From: Auanema rhodensis
Lineage: Eukaryota; Animalia; Nematoda
DNA: 64,000 nt
Direction: 5' to 3'
Assembly (NCBI GenBank): GCA_964057225.1
Contig: OZ059899.1
Coordinates: forward strand, 9,796,001-9,860,000
Part shown: positions 11,548 to 26,500 of the stretch, one piece after another
Layout of the letters: each line of letters opens with the position of its first letter
How positions within the stretch are numbered: the first letter of the stretch is position 1
Translations under genes and position numbers: made by a program
The notes under the pieces: model-generated
Database searches by the model: none
Told to the model about the DNA's origin: nothing
Seen by the model: the letters and a program-made list of their open reading frames with translations, nothing else

Positions 11548-14500
11548 TAAATTTTTTTCATTTCACTTGTCATTTATAAAAATCGAATTTATCTTCTTCA
11601 ACGATTATTTTTGCAATGTGTCATAAGAATTTTATAGTTGAACAAAACGTTTTTTAAGAAGTTTTTTTGTTGTCAACATATATATTTTCCTGGAATTCGA
11701 AAGCATTTGGGATGGAAATTAGAAAGAAAAGAACTAGTTTTTCCTACTTTAAAACAAACAATAAGAAATAAAATGAAAAAGATTGTTAGAAATCCAATTT
11801 AAACTTATACATTTACTTTGATAAAGAGCCTATTAGTTTGAAATTTTATGTCTCACAGTTCTCCAACAGAACAGACTGATCCTGATTTCTCTATGATTAC
11901 ATAAAACTCTCGTTTGATATACAAAAAGGAGAGGAATAACGTTTCCAGGATATCAATGATATCGAATCTAGTGATATTGTAGAAAAATGTAATATCAGCT
12001 CCATAGGTTTTCTCTTAATTTCTCTCATCACAATAGTCTTAGTTTTTTTTTCATAAGAGTTTCTGAAATCTTAGTTGAACAAGGCAGTATATATTTTTTT
12101 CTGGAATTCGAAAGCATTTGGGATGGAAATTAGAAAGAAAAGAACTAGTTTTTCCTACTTTAAAACAAACAATAAGAAATAAAATGAAAAAGATTGTTAG
12201 ATATCCAATTTAAACTTATACATTTACTTCGATAAAGAGCCTATTAGTTTGAAATTTTATGTCTTACAGTTCTCCAACAGAACAGACTGATCCTGATTTC
12301 TCTATGATTACATAAAACTCTCGTTTGATATACAAAAAGGAGAGGAATAACGTTTCCAGGATATCAATGATATCGAATCTAGTGATATTGTAAAAAAATG
12401 TAATGTCAGCTCCATAGGTTTTCTCTTAATTTCTCTCATCACAATAGTCTTAGTTTTTTTTCATAAGAGTTGTTGAAATCTTAGTTGAACAAGGCAGTAT
12501 ATATTTTTTTCTGGAATTCGAAAGCATTTGGGATGGAAATTAGAAAGAAAAGAACTAGTTTTTCCTACTTTAAAACAAACAATAAGAAATAAAATGAAAA
12601 AGATTGTTAGATATCCAATTTAAACTTATACATTTACTTCGATAAAGAGCCTATTAGTTTGAAATTTTATGTCTTACAGTTCTCCAACAGAACAGACTGA
12701 TCCTGATTTCTCTATGATTACATAAAACTCTCGTTTGATATACAAAAAGGAGAGGAATAACGTTTCCAGGATATCAATGATATCGAATCTAGTGATATTG
12801 TAGAAAAATGTAATGTCAGCTCCATAGTTTTTCTCTTAATTTCTCTCATCACAATAGTCTTAGTTTTTTTTTCATAAGAGTTTCTGAAATCTTAGTTGAA
12901 CAAGGCAGTATATATTTTTTACTGGAATTCGAAAGCATTTGGGATGGAAATTAGAAAGAAAAGAACTAGTTTTTCCTACTTTAAAACAAACAATAAGAAA
13001 TAAAATGAAAAAGATTGTTAGATATCCTATTTAAACTTATACATTTACTTCGATAAAGAGCCTATTAGTTTGAAATTTTATGTCTTACAGTTCTCCAACA
13101 GAACAGACTGATCCTGATTGCTCTATGATTACATAAAACTCTCGTTTGATATAAAAGCATATTGGATAGAAATTTCGAAAGCATTTTGGATGGAAATTAG
13201 AACGAAAAGAACTAGTTTTTTCTATTTTAAAACAAACAATAATAAACAAAATGAAAAGATTGTTAGATATCCAATTTAAACTTATACATTTACTTCGATA
13301 AAGAGCCTATTAGTTTGAAATTTTATGTCTTACAGTTCTCCAACAGAACAGACTGATCCTGATTTCTCTATGATTACATAAAACTCTCGTTTGATATACA
13401 AAAAGGAGAGGAATAACGTTTCCAGGATATCAATGATATCGAATCTAGTGATATTGTAGAAAAATGTAATGTCAGCTCCATAGTTTTTCTCTTAATTTCT
13501 CTCATCACAATAGTCTTAGTTTTTTTTTCATAAGAGTTTCTGAAATCTTAGTTGAACAAGGCAGTATATATTTTTTTCTGGAATTCGAAAGCATTTGGGA
13601 TGGAAATTAGAAAGAAAAGAACTAGTTTTTCCTACTTTAAAACAAACAATAAGAAATAAAATGAAAAAGATTGTTAGATATCCTATTTAAACTTATACAT
13701 TTACTTCGATAAAGAGCCTATTAGTTTGAAATTTTATGTCTCACAGTTCTCCAACAGAACAGACTGATCCTGATTTCTCTATGATTACATAAAACTCTCG
13801 TTTGATATACAAAAAGGAGAGGAATAACGTTTCCAGGATATCAATGATATCGAATCTAGTGATATTGTAGAAAAATGTAATGTCAGCTCCATAGGTTTTC
13901 TCTTAATTTCTCTCATCACAATAGTCTTAGTTTTTTTTTCATAAGAGTTGTTGAAATCTTAGTTGAACAAGGCAGTATATATTTTTTTCTGGAATTCGAA
14001 AGCATTTGGGATGGAAATTAGAAAGAAAAGAACTAGTTTTTCCTACTTTAAAACAAACAATAAGAAATAAAATGAAAAAGATTGTTAGATATCCAATTTA
14101 AACTTATACATTTACTTCGATAAAGAGCCTATTAGTTTGAAATTTTATGTCTTACAGTTCTCCAACAGAACAGACTGATCCTGATTTCTCTATGATTACA
14201 TAAACCTCTCGTTTGATATACAAAAAGGAGAGGAATAACGTTTCCAGGATATCAATGATATCGAATCTAGTGATATTGTAGAAAAATGTAATGTCAGCTC
14301 CATAGTTTTTCTCTTAATTTCTCTCATCACAATAGTCTTAGTTTTTTTTTCATAAGAGTTTCTGAAATCTTAGTTGAACAAGGCAGTATATATTTTTTTC
14401 TGGAATTCGAGAGCATTTGGGATGGAAATTAGAAAGAAAAGAACTAGTTTTTCCTACTTTAAAACAAACAATAAGAAATAAAATGAAAAAGATTGTTAGA

Positions 14501-17500
14501 TATCCAATTTAAACTTATACATTTACTTCGATAAAGAGCCTATTAGTTTGAAATTTTATGTCTTACAGTTCTCCAACAGAACAGACTGATCCTGATTTCT
14601 CTATGATTACATAAAACTCTTGTTTGATATACAAAAAGAAGAGAAATAACGTTTCCAGGATATCAATGATATCGAATCTAGTGATATTGTAGAAAAATGT
14701 AATGTCAGCTCCATAGTTTTTCTCTTAATTTCTCTCATCACAATAGTCTTAGTTTTTTTTCATAAGAGTTTCTGAAATCTTAGTTGAACAAGGCAGTATA
14801 TATTTTTTTCTGGAATTCGAAAGCATTTGGGATGGAAATTAGAAAAAAAAGAACTGGTTTTTCCTACTTTAAAACAAACAATAAGAAATAAAATGAAAAA
14901 GATTGTTAGATATCCAATTTAAACTTATACATTTACTTCGATAAAGAGCCTATTAGTTTGAAATTTTATGTCTTACAGTTCTCCAACAGAACAGACTGAT
15001 CCTGATTTCTCTATGATTACATAAAACTCCCGTTTGATATACAAAATAGAGAGGAATAACGTTTCCAGGATATCAATGATATCGAATCTAGTGATATTGT
15101 GGAAAAATGTAATGTCAGCTCCATAGTTTTTCTCTTAATTTCTCTCATCACAATAGTCTTAGTTTTTTTTTCATAAGAGTTTCTGAAATCTTAGTTGAAC
15201 AAGGCAGTATATATTTTTTTCTGGAATTCGAAAGCATTTGGGATGGAAATCAGAAAGAAAAGAACTAGTTTTTCCTACTTTAAAACAAACAATAAGAAAT
15301 AAAATGAAAAAGATTGTTAGATATCCAATTTAAACTTATACATTTACTTTGATAAAGAGCCTATTAGTTTGAAATTTTATGTCTTACAGTTCTCCAACAG
15401 AACAGACTGATCCTGATTTCTCTATGATTACATAAAACTCTCGTTTGATATACAAAACGGAGAGGAATAACGTTTCCAGGATATCAATGATATCGAATCT
15501 AGTGATATTGTAGAAAAATGTAATGTCAGCTCCATAGTTTTTCTCTTAATTTCTCTCATCACAATAGTCTTAGTTTTTTTTCATAAGAGTTTCTGAAATC
15601 TTAGTTGAACAAGGCAGTATATATTTTTTTCTGGAATTCGAAAGCATTTGGGATGGAAATTAGAAAGAAAAGAACTAGTTTTTCCTACTTTAAAACAAAC
15701 AATAAGAAATAAAATGAAAAAGATTGTTAGATATCCAATTTAAACTTATACATTTACTTCGATAAAGAGCCTATTAGTTTGAAGTTTTATGTCTTACAGT
15801 TCTCCAACAGAACAGACTGATCCTGATTTCTCTATGATTACATAAAACTCTCGTTTGATATACAAAATAGAGAGGAATAACGTTTCCAGGATATCAATGA
15901 TATCGAATCTAGTGATATTGTAGAAAAATGTAATGTCAGCTCCATAGTTTTTCTCTTAATTTCTCTCATCACAATAGTCTTAGTTTTTTTTTCATAAGAG
16001 TTTCTGAAATCTTAGTTGAACAAGGCAGTATATATTTTTTTCTGGAATTCGAAAGCATTTGGGATGGAAATTAGAAAGAAAAGAACTAGTTTTTCTTACT
16101 TTAAAACAAACAATAAGAAATAAAATGAAAAAGATTGTTAGATATCCAATTTAAACTTATACATTTACTTCGATAAAGAGCCTATTAGTTTGAAATTTTA
16201 TGTCTTACAGTTCTCCAACAGAACAGACTGATCCTGATTTCTCTATGATTACATAAAACTCTCGTTTGATATACAAAAAGGAGAGGAATAACGTTTCCAG
16301 GATATCAATGATATCGAATCTAGTGATATTGTAAAAAAATGTAATGTCAGCTCCATAGTTTTTCTCTTAATTTCTCTCATCACAATAGTCTTAGTTTTTT
16401 TTTCATAAGAGTTTCTGAAATCTTAGTTGAACAAGGCAGTATATATTTTTTTCTGGAATTCGAAAGCATTTGGGATGGAAATTAGAAAGAAAAGAACTAG
16501 TTTTTCCTACTTTAAAACAAACAATAAGAAATAAAATGAAAAAGATTGTTAGATATCCTATTTAAACTTATACATTTACTTCGATAAAGAGCCTATTAGT
16601 TTGAAATTTTATGTCTCACAGTTCTCCAACAGAACAGACTGATCCTGATTTCTCTATGATTACATAAAACTCTCGTTTGATATACAAAAAGGAGAGGAAT
16701 AACGTTTCCAGGATATCAATGATATCGAATCTAGTGATATTGTAGAAAAATGTAATGTCAGCTCCATAGGTTTTCTCTTAATTTCTCTCATCACAATAGT
16801 CTTAGTTTTTTTTTCATAAGAGTTGTTGAAATCTTAGTTGAACAAGGCAGTATATATTTTTTTCTGGAATTCGAAAGCATTTGGGATGGAAATTAGAAAA
16901 AAAAGAACTAGTTTTTCCTACTTTAAAACAAACAATAAGAAATAAAATGAAAAAGATTGTTAGATATCCAATTTAAACTTATACATTTACTTCGATAAAG
17001 AGCCTATTAGTTTGAAATTTTATGTCTTACAGTTCTCCAACAGAACAGACTGATCCTGATTTCTCTATGATTACATAAAACTCTCGTTTGATATACAAAA
17101 AGGAGAGGAATAACGTTTCCAGGATATCAATGATATCGAATCTAGTGATATTGTAGAAAAATGTAATGTCAGCTCCATAGGTTTTCTCTTAATTTCTCTC
17201 ATCACAATAGTCTTAGTTTTTTTTTCATAAGAGTTTCTGAAATCTTAGTTGAACAAGGCAGTATATATTTTTTTCTGGAATTCGAAAGCATTTGGGATGG
17301 AAATTAGAAAGAAAAGAACTAGTTTTTCCTACTTTAAAACAAACAATAAGAAATAAAATGAAAAAGATTGTTAGATATCCAATTTAAACTTATACATTTA
17401 CTTCGATAAAGAGCCTATTAGTTTGAAATTTTATGTCTTACAGTTCTCCAACAGAATAGACTGATCCTGATTTCTCTATGATTACATAAAACTCTCGTTT

Positions 17501-20500
17501 GATATACAAAATAGAGAGGAATAACGTTTCCAGGATATCAATGATATCGAATCTAGTGATATTGTAGAAAAATGTAATGTCAGCTCCATAGGTTTTCTCT
17601 TAATTTCTCTCATCACAATAGTCTTAGTTTTTTTTTCATAAGAGTTTCTGAAATCTTAGTTGAACAAGGCAGTATATATTTTTTTCTGGAATTCGAAAGC
17701 ATTTGGGATGGAAATTAGAAAGAAAAGAACTAGTTTTTCCTACTTTAAAACAAACAATAAGAAATAAAATGAAAAAGATTGTTAGATATCCAATTTAAAC
17801 TTATACATTTACTTCGATAAAGAGCCTATTAGTTTGAAATTTTATGTCTTACAGTTCTCCAACAGAATAGACTGATCCTGATTTCTCTATGATTACATAA
17901 AACTCTCGTTTGATATACAAAATAGAGAGGAATAACGTTTCCAGGATATCAATGATATCGAATCTAGTGATATTGTAGAAAAATGTAATGTCAGCTCCAT
18001 AGGTTTTCTCTTAATTTCTCTCATCACAATAGTCTTAGTTTTTTTTTCATAAGAGTTTCTGAAATCTTAGTTGAACAAGGCAGTATATATTTTTTTCTGG
18101 AATTCGAAAGCATTTGGGATGGAAATTAGAAAGAAAAGAACTAGTTTTTCCTACTTTAAAACAAACAATAAGAAATAAAATGAAAAAGATTGTTAGATAT
18201 CCAATTTAAACTTATACATTTACTTCGATAAAGAGCCTATTAGTTTGAAATTTTATGTCTTACAGTTCTCCAACAGAATAGACTGATCCTGATTTCTCTA
18301 TGATTACATAAAACTCTCGTTTGATATACAAAATAGAGAGGAATAACGTTTCCAGGATATCAATGATATCAAATCTAGTGATATTGTAGGAAAATGTAAT
18401 GTCAGCTCCATAGTTTTTCTCTTAATTTCTCTCATCACAATAGTCTTAGTTTTTTTTCATAAGAGTTGTTGAAATCTTAGTTGAACAAGGCAGTATATAT
18501 TTTTTTCTGGAATTCGAAAGCATTTGGGATGGAAATTAGAAAGAAAAGAACTAGTTTTTCCTACTTTAAAACAAACAATAAGAAATAAAATGAAAAAGAT
18601 TGTTAGATATCCAATTTAAACTTATACATTTACTTCGATAAAGAGCCTATTAGTTTGAAATTTTATGTCTTACAGTTCTCCAACAGAACAGACTGATCCT
18701 GATTTCTCTATGATTACATAAAACTCTCGTTTGATATACAAAAAGGAGAGGAATAACGTTTCCAGGATATCAATGATATCGAATCTAGTGATATTGTAGA
18801 AAAATGTAATGTCAGCTCCATAGTTTTTCTCTTAATTTCTCTCATCACAATAGTCTTAGTTTTTTTTCATAAGAGTTTCTGAAATCTTAGTTGAACAAGG
18901 CAGTATATATTTTTTTCTGGAATTCGAAAGCATTTGGGATGGAAATTAGAAAGAAAAGAACTAGTTTTTCCTACTTTAAAACAAACAATAAGAAATAAAA
19001 TGAAAAAGATTGTTAGATATCCAATTTAAACTTATACATTTACTTCGATAAAGAGCCTATTAGTTTGAAATTTTATGTCTTACAGTTCTCCAACAGAATA
19101 GACTGATCCTGATTTCTCTATGATTACATAAAACTCTCGTTTGATATACAAAATAGAGAGGAATAACGTTTCCAGGATATCAATGATATCAAATCTAGTG
19201 ATATTGTAGGAAAATGTAATGTCAGCTCCATAGTTTTTCTCTTAATTTCTCTCATCACAATAGTCTTAGTTTTTTTTCATAAGAGTTTCTGAAATCTTAG
19301 TTGAACAAGGCAGTATATATTTTTTTCTGGAATTCGAAAGCATTTGGGATGTAAATTAGAAAGAAAAGAACTAGTTTTTCCTACTTTAAAACAAACAATA
19401 AGAAATAAAATGAAAAAGATTGTTAGATATCCAATTTAAACTTATACATTTACTTCGATAAAGAGCCTATTAGTTTGAAATTTTATGTCTTACAGTTCTC
19501 CAACAGAACAGACTGATCCTGATTTCTCTATGATTACATAAAACTCTCGTTTGATATACAAAAAGGAGAGGAATAACGTTTCCAGGATATCAATGATATC
19601 GAATCTAGTGATATTGTAGAAAAATGTAATGTCAGCTCCATAGTTTTTCTCTTAATTTCTCTCATCACAATAGTCTTAGTTTTTTTTCATAAGAGTTTCT
19701 GAAATCTTAGTTGAACAAGGCAGTATATATTTTTTTCTGGAATTCGAAAGCATTTGGGATGGAAATTAGAAAGAAAAGAACTAGTTTTTCCTACTTTAAA
19801 ACAAACAATAAGAAATAAAATGAAAAAGATTGTTAGATATCCTATTTAAACTTATACATTTACTTCGATAAAGAGCCTATTAGTTTGAAATTTTATGTCT
19901 CACAGTTCTCCAACAGAACAGACTGATCCTGATTTCTCTATGATTACATAAAACTCTCGTTTGATATACAAAAAGGAGAGGAATAACGTTTCCAGGATAT
20001 CAATGATATCGAATCTAGTGATATTGTAGAAAAATGTAATGTCAGCTCCATAGGTTTTCTCTTAATTTCTCTCATCACAATAGTCTTAGTTTTTTTTTCA
20101 TAAGAGTTGTTGAAATCTTAGTTGAACAAGGCAGTATATATTTTTTTCTGGAATTCGAAAGCATTTGGGATGGAAATTAGAAAGAAAAGAACTAGTTTTT
20201 CCTACTTTAAAACAAACAATAAGAAATAAAATGAAAAAGATTGTTAGATATCCAATTTAAACTTATACATTTACTTCGATAAAGAGCCTATTAGTTTGAA
20301 ATTTTATGTCTTACAGTTCTCCAACAGAACAGACTGATCCTGATTTCTCTATGATTACATAAAACTCTCGTTTGATATACAAAAAGGAGAGGAATAACGT
20401 TTCCAGGATATCAATGATATCGAATCTAGTGATATTGTAGAAAAATGTAATGTCAGCTCCATAGTTTTTCTCTTAATTTCTCTCATCACAATAGTCTTAG

Positions 20501-23500
20501 TTTTTTTTTCATAAGAGTTTCTGAAATCTTAGTTGAACAAGGCAGTATATATTTTTTTCTGGAATTCGAGAGCATTTGGGATGGAAATTAGAAAGAAAAG
20601 AACTAGTTTTTCCTACTTTAAAACAAACAATAAGAAATAAAATGAAAAAGATTGTTAGATATCCAATTTAAACTTATACATTTACTTCGATAAAGAGCCT
20701 ATTAGTTTGAAATTTTATGTCTTACAGTTCTCCAACAGAACAGACTGATCCTGATTTCTCTATGATTACATAAAACTCTTGTTTGATATACAAAAAGAAG
20801 AGAAATAACGTTTCCAGGATATCAATGATATCGAATCTAGTGATATTGTAGAAAAATGTAATGTCAGCTCCATAGTTTTTCTCTTAATTTCTCTCATCAC
20901 AATAGTCTTAGTTTTTTTTCATAAGAGTTTCTGAAATCTTAGTTGAACAAGGCAGTATATATTTTTTTCTGGAATTCGAAAGCATTTGGGATGGAAATTA
21001 GAAAGAAAAGAACTAGTTTTTCTTACTTTAAAACAAACAATAAGAAATAAAATGAAAAAGATTGTTAGATATCCAATTTAAACTTATACATTTACTTCGA
21101 TAAAGAGCCTATTAGTTTGAAATTTTATGTCTTACAGTTCTCCAACAGAACAGACTGATCCTGATTTCTCTATGATTACATAAAACTCTCGTTTGATATA
21201 CAAAAAGGAGAGGAATAACGTTTCCAGGATATCAATGATATCGAATCTAGTGATATTGTAAAAAAATGTAATGTCAGCTCCATAGTTTTTCTCTTAATTT
21301 CTCTCATCACAATAGTCTTAGTTTTTTTTTCATAAGAGTTTCTGAAATCTTAGTTGAACAAGGCAGTATATATTTTTTTCTGGAATTCGAAAGCATTTGG
21401 GATGGAAATTAGAAAGAAAAGAACTAGTTTTTCCTACTTTAAAACAAACAATAAGAAATAAAATGAAAAAGATTGTTAGATATCCTATTTAAACTTATAC
21501 ATTTACTTCGATAAAGAGCCTATTAGTTTGAAATTTTATGTCTCACAGTTCTCCAACAGAACAGACTGATCCTGATTTCTCTATGATTACATAAAACTCT
21601 CGTTTGATATACAAAAAGGAGAGGAATAACGTTTCCAGGATATCAATGATATCGAATCTAGTGATATTGTAGAAAAATGTAATGTCAGCTCCATAGGTTT
21701 TCTCTTAATTTCTCTCATCACAATAGTCTTAGTTTTTTTTTCATAAGAGTTGTTGAAATCTTAGTTGAACAAGGCAGTATATATTTTTTTCTGGAATTCG
21801 AAAGCATTTGGGATGGAAATTAGAAAAAAAAGAACTAGTTTTTCCTACTTTAAAACAAACAATAAGAAATAAAATGAAAAAGATTGTTAGATATCCAATT
21901 TAAACTTATACATTTACTTCGATAAAGAGCCTATTAGTTTGAAATTTTATGTCTTACAGTTCTCCAACAGAACAGACTGATCCTGATTTCTCTATGATTA
22001 CATAAAACTCTCGTTTGATATACAAAAAGGAGAGGAATAACGTTTCCAGGATATCAATGATATCGAATCTAGTGATATTGTAGAAAAATGTAATGTCAGC
22101 TCCATAGTTTTTCTCTTAATTTCTCTCATCACAATAGTCTTAGTTTTTTTTCATAAGAGTTTCTGAAATCTTAGTTGAACAAGGCAGTATATATTTTTTT
22201 CTGGAATTCGAAAGCATTTGGGATGTAAATTAGAAAGAAAAGAACTAGTTTTTCCTACTTTAAAACAAACAATAAGAAATAAAATGAAAAAGATTGTTAG
22301 ATATCCAATTTAAACTTATACATTTACTTCGATAAAGAGCCTATTAGTTTGAAATTTTATGTCTTACAGTTCTCCAACAGAACAGACTGATCCTGATTTC
22401 TCTATGATTACATAAAACTCTCGTTTGATATACAAAAAGGAGAGGAATAACGTTTCCAGGATATCAATGATATCGAATCTAGTGATATTGTAGAAAAATG
22501 TAATGTCAGCTCCATAGTTTTTCTCTTAATTTCTCTCATCACAATAGTCTTAGTTTTTTTTCATAAGAGTTTCTGAAATCTTAGTTGAACAAGGCAGTAT
22601 ATATTTTTTTCTGGAATTCGAAAGCATTTGGGATGGAAATTAGAAAGAAAAGAACTAGTTTTTCCTACTTTAAAACAAACAATAAGAAATAAAATGAAAA
22701 AGATTGTTAGATATCCTATTTAAACTTATACATTTACTTCGATAAAGAGCCTATTAGTTTGAAATTTTATGTCTCACAGTTCTCCAACAGAACAGACTGA
22801 TCCTGATTTCTCTATGATTACATAAAACTCTCGTTTGATATACAAAAAGGAGAGGAATAACGTTTCCAGGATATCAATGATATCGAATCTAGTGATATTG
22901 TAGAAAAATGTAATGTCAGCTCCATAGGTTTTCTCTTAATTTCTCTCATCACAATAGTCTTAGTTTTTTTTTCATAAGAGTTGTTGAAATCTTAGTTGAA
23001 CAAGGCAGTATATATTTTTTTCTGGAATTCGAAAGCATTTGGGATGGAAATTAGAAAGAAAAGAACTAGTTTTTCCTACTTTAAAACAAACAATAAGAAA
23101 TAAAATGAAAAAGATTGTTAGATATCCAATTTAAACTTATACATTTACTTCGATAAAGAGCCTATTAGTTTGAAATTTTATGTCTTACAGTTCTCCAACA
23201 GAACAGACTGATCCTGATTTCTCTATGATTACATAAAACTCTCGTTTGATATACAAAAAGGAGAGGAATAACGTTTCCAGGATATCAATGATATCGAATC
23301 TAGTGATATTGTAGAAAAATGTAATGTCAGCTCCATAGTTTTTCTCTTAATTTCTCTCATCACAATAGTCTTAGTTTTTTTTTCATAAGAGTTTCTGAAA
23401 TCTTAGTTGAACAAGGCAGTATATATTTTTTTCTGGAATTCGAGAGCATTTGGGATGGAAATTAGAAAGAAAAGAACTAGTTTTTCCTACTTTAAAACAA

Positions 23501-26500
23501 ACAATAAGAAATAAAATGAAAAAGATTGTTAGATATCCAATTTAAACTTATACATTTACTTCGATAAAGAGCCTATTAGTTTGAAATTTTATGTCTTACA
23601 GTTCTCCAACAGAACAGACTGATCCTGATTTCTCTATGATTACATAAAACTCTTGTTTGATATACAAAAAGAAGAGAAATAACGTTTCCAGGATATCAAT
23701 GATATCGAATCTAGTGATATTGTAGAAAAATGTAATGTCAGCTCCATAGTTTTTCTCTTAATTTCTCTCATCACAATAGTCTTAGTTTTTTTTCATAAGA
23801 GTTTCTGAAATCTTAGTTGAACAAGGCAGTATATATTTTTTTCTGGAATTCGAAAGCATTTGGGATGGAAATTAGAAAAAAAAGAACTGGTTTTTCCTAC
23901 TTTAAAACAAACAATAAGAAATAAAATGAAAAAGATTGTTAGATATCCAATTTAAACTTATACATTTACTTCGATAAAGAGCCTATTAGTTTGAAATTTT
24001 ATGTCTTACAGTTCTCCAACAGAACAGACTGATCCTGATTTCTCTATGATTACATAAAACTCCCGTTTGATATACAAAATAGAGAGGAATAACGTTTCCA
24101 GGATATCAATGATATCGAATCTAGTGATATTGTGGAAAAATGTAATGTCAGCTCCATAGTTTTTCTCTTAATTTCTCTCATCACAATAGTCTTAGTTTTT
24201 TTTTCATAAGAGTTTCTGAAATCTTAGTTGAACAAGGCAGTATATATTTTTTTCTGGAATTCGAAAGCATTTGGGATGGAAATTAGAAAGAAAAGAACTA
24301 GTTTTTCTTACTTTAAAACAAACAATAAGAAATAAAATGAAAAAGATTGTTAGATATCCAATTTAAACTTATACATTTACTTCGATAAAGAGCCTATTAG
24401 TTTGAAATTTTATGTCTTACAGTTCTCCAACAGAACAGACTGATCCTGATTTCTCTATGATTACATAAAACTCTCGTTTGATATACAAAAAGGAGAGGAA
24501 TAACGTTTCCAGGATATCAATGATATCGAATCTAGTGATATTGTAGAAAAATGTAATGTCAGCTCCATAGTTTTTCTCTTAATTTCTCTCATCACAATAG
24601 TCTTAGTTTTTTTTTCATAAGAGTTTCTGAAATCTTAGTTGAACAAGGCAGTATATATTTTTTTCTGGAATTCGAGAGCATTTGGGATGGAAATTAGAAA
24701 GAAAAGAACTAGTTTTTCCTACTTTAAAACAAACAATAAGAAATAAAATGAAAAAGATTGTTAGATATCCAATTTAAACTTATACATTTACTTCGATAAA
24801 GAGCCTATTAGTTTGAAATTTTATGTCTTACAGTTCTCCAACAGAACAGACTGATCCTGATTTCTCTATGATTACATAAAACTCTTGTTTGATATACAAA
24901 AAGAAGAGAAATAACGTTTCCAGGATATCAATGATATCGAATCTAGTGATATTGTAGAAAAATGTAATGTCAGCTCCATAGTTTTTCTCTTAATTTCTCT
25001 CATCACAATAGTCTTAGTTTTTTTTCATAAGAGTTTCTGAAATCTTAGTTGAACAAGGCAGTATATATTTTTTTCTGGAATTCGAAAGCATTTGGGATGG
25101 AAATTAGAAAAAAAAGAACTGGTTTTTCCTACTTTAAAACAAACAATAAGAAATAAAATGAAAAAGATTGTTAGATATCCAATTTAAACTTATACATTTA
25201 CTTCGATAAAGAGCCTATTAGTTTGAAATTTTATGTCTTACAGTTCTCCAACAGAACAGACTGATCCTGATTTCTCTATGATTACATAAAACTCCCGTTT
25301 GATATACAAAATAGAGAGGAATAACGTTTCCAGGATATCAATGATATCGAATCTAGTGATATTGTGGAAAAATGTAATGTCAGCTCCATAGTTTTTCTCT
25401 TAATTTCTCTCATCACAATAGTCTTAGTTTTTTTTTCATAAGAGTTTCTGAAATCTTAGTTGAACAAGGCAGTATATATTTTTTTCTGGAATTCGAAAGC
25501 ATTTGGGATGGAAATCAGAAAGAAAAGAACTAGTTTTTCCTACTTTAAAACAAACAATAAGAAATAAAATGAAAAAGATTGTTAGATATCCAATTTAAAC
25601 TTATACATTTACTTTGATAAAGAGCCTATTAGTTTGAAATTTTATGTCTTACAGTTCTCCAACAGAACAGACTGATCCTGATTTCTCTATGATTACATAA
25701 AACTCTCGTTTGATATACAAAACGGAGAGGAATAACGTTTCCAGGATATCAATGATATCGAATCTAGTGATATTGTAGAAAAATGTAATGTCAGCTCCAT
25801 AGTTTTTCTCTTAATTTCTCTCATCACAATAGTCTTAGTTTTTTTTCATAAGAGTTTCTGAAATCTTAGTTGAACAAGGCAGTATATATTTTTTTCTGGA
25901 ATTCGAAAGCATTTGGGATGGAAATTAGAAAGAAAAGAACTAGTTTTTCCTACTTTAAAACAAACAATAAGAAATAAAATGAAAAAGATTGTTAGATATC
26001 CAATTTAAACTTATACATTTACTTCGATAAAGAGCTTATTAGTTTGAAGTTTTATGTCTTACAGTTCTCCAACAGAACAGACTGATCCTGATTTCTCTAT
26101 GATTACATAAAACTCTCGTTTGATATACAAAATAGAGAGGAATAACGTTTCCAGGATATCAATGATATCGAATCTAGTGATATTGTAGAAAAATGTAATG
26201 TCAGCTCCATAGTTTTTCTCTTAATTTCTCTCATCACAATAGTCTTAGTTTTTTTTTCATAAGAGTTTCTGAAATCTTAGTTGAACAAGGCAGTATATAT
26301 TTTTTTCTGGAATTCGAAAGCATTTGGGATGGAAATTAGAAAGAAAAGAACTAGTTTTTCTTACTTTAAAACAAACAATAAGAAATAAAATGAAAAAGAT
26401 TGTTAGATATCCAATTTAAACTTATACATTTACTTCGATAAAGAGCCTATTAGTTTGAAATTTTATGTCTTACAGTTCTCCAACAGAACAGACTGATCCT

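Larger units (their letters stand above)
5100..11790. repeat. 3315-bp higher-order tandem duplication (2 copies; ends approximate)
   Basis: Markers offset by 3315: CGAGAGC 5481/8796, truncated unit 6933/10248, tRNA with TCTTTGTTGAAC leader 8160/11475. Confidence 0.9.
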
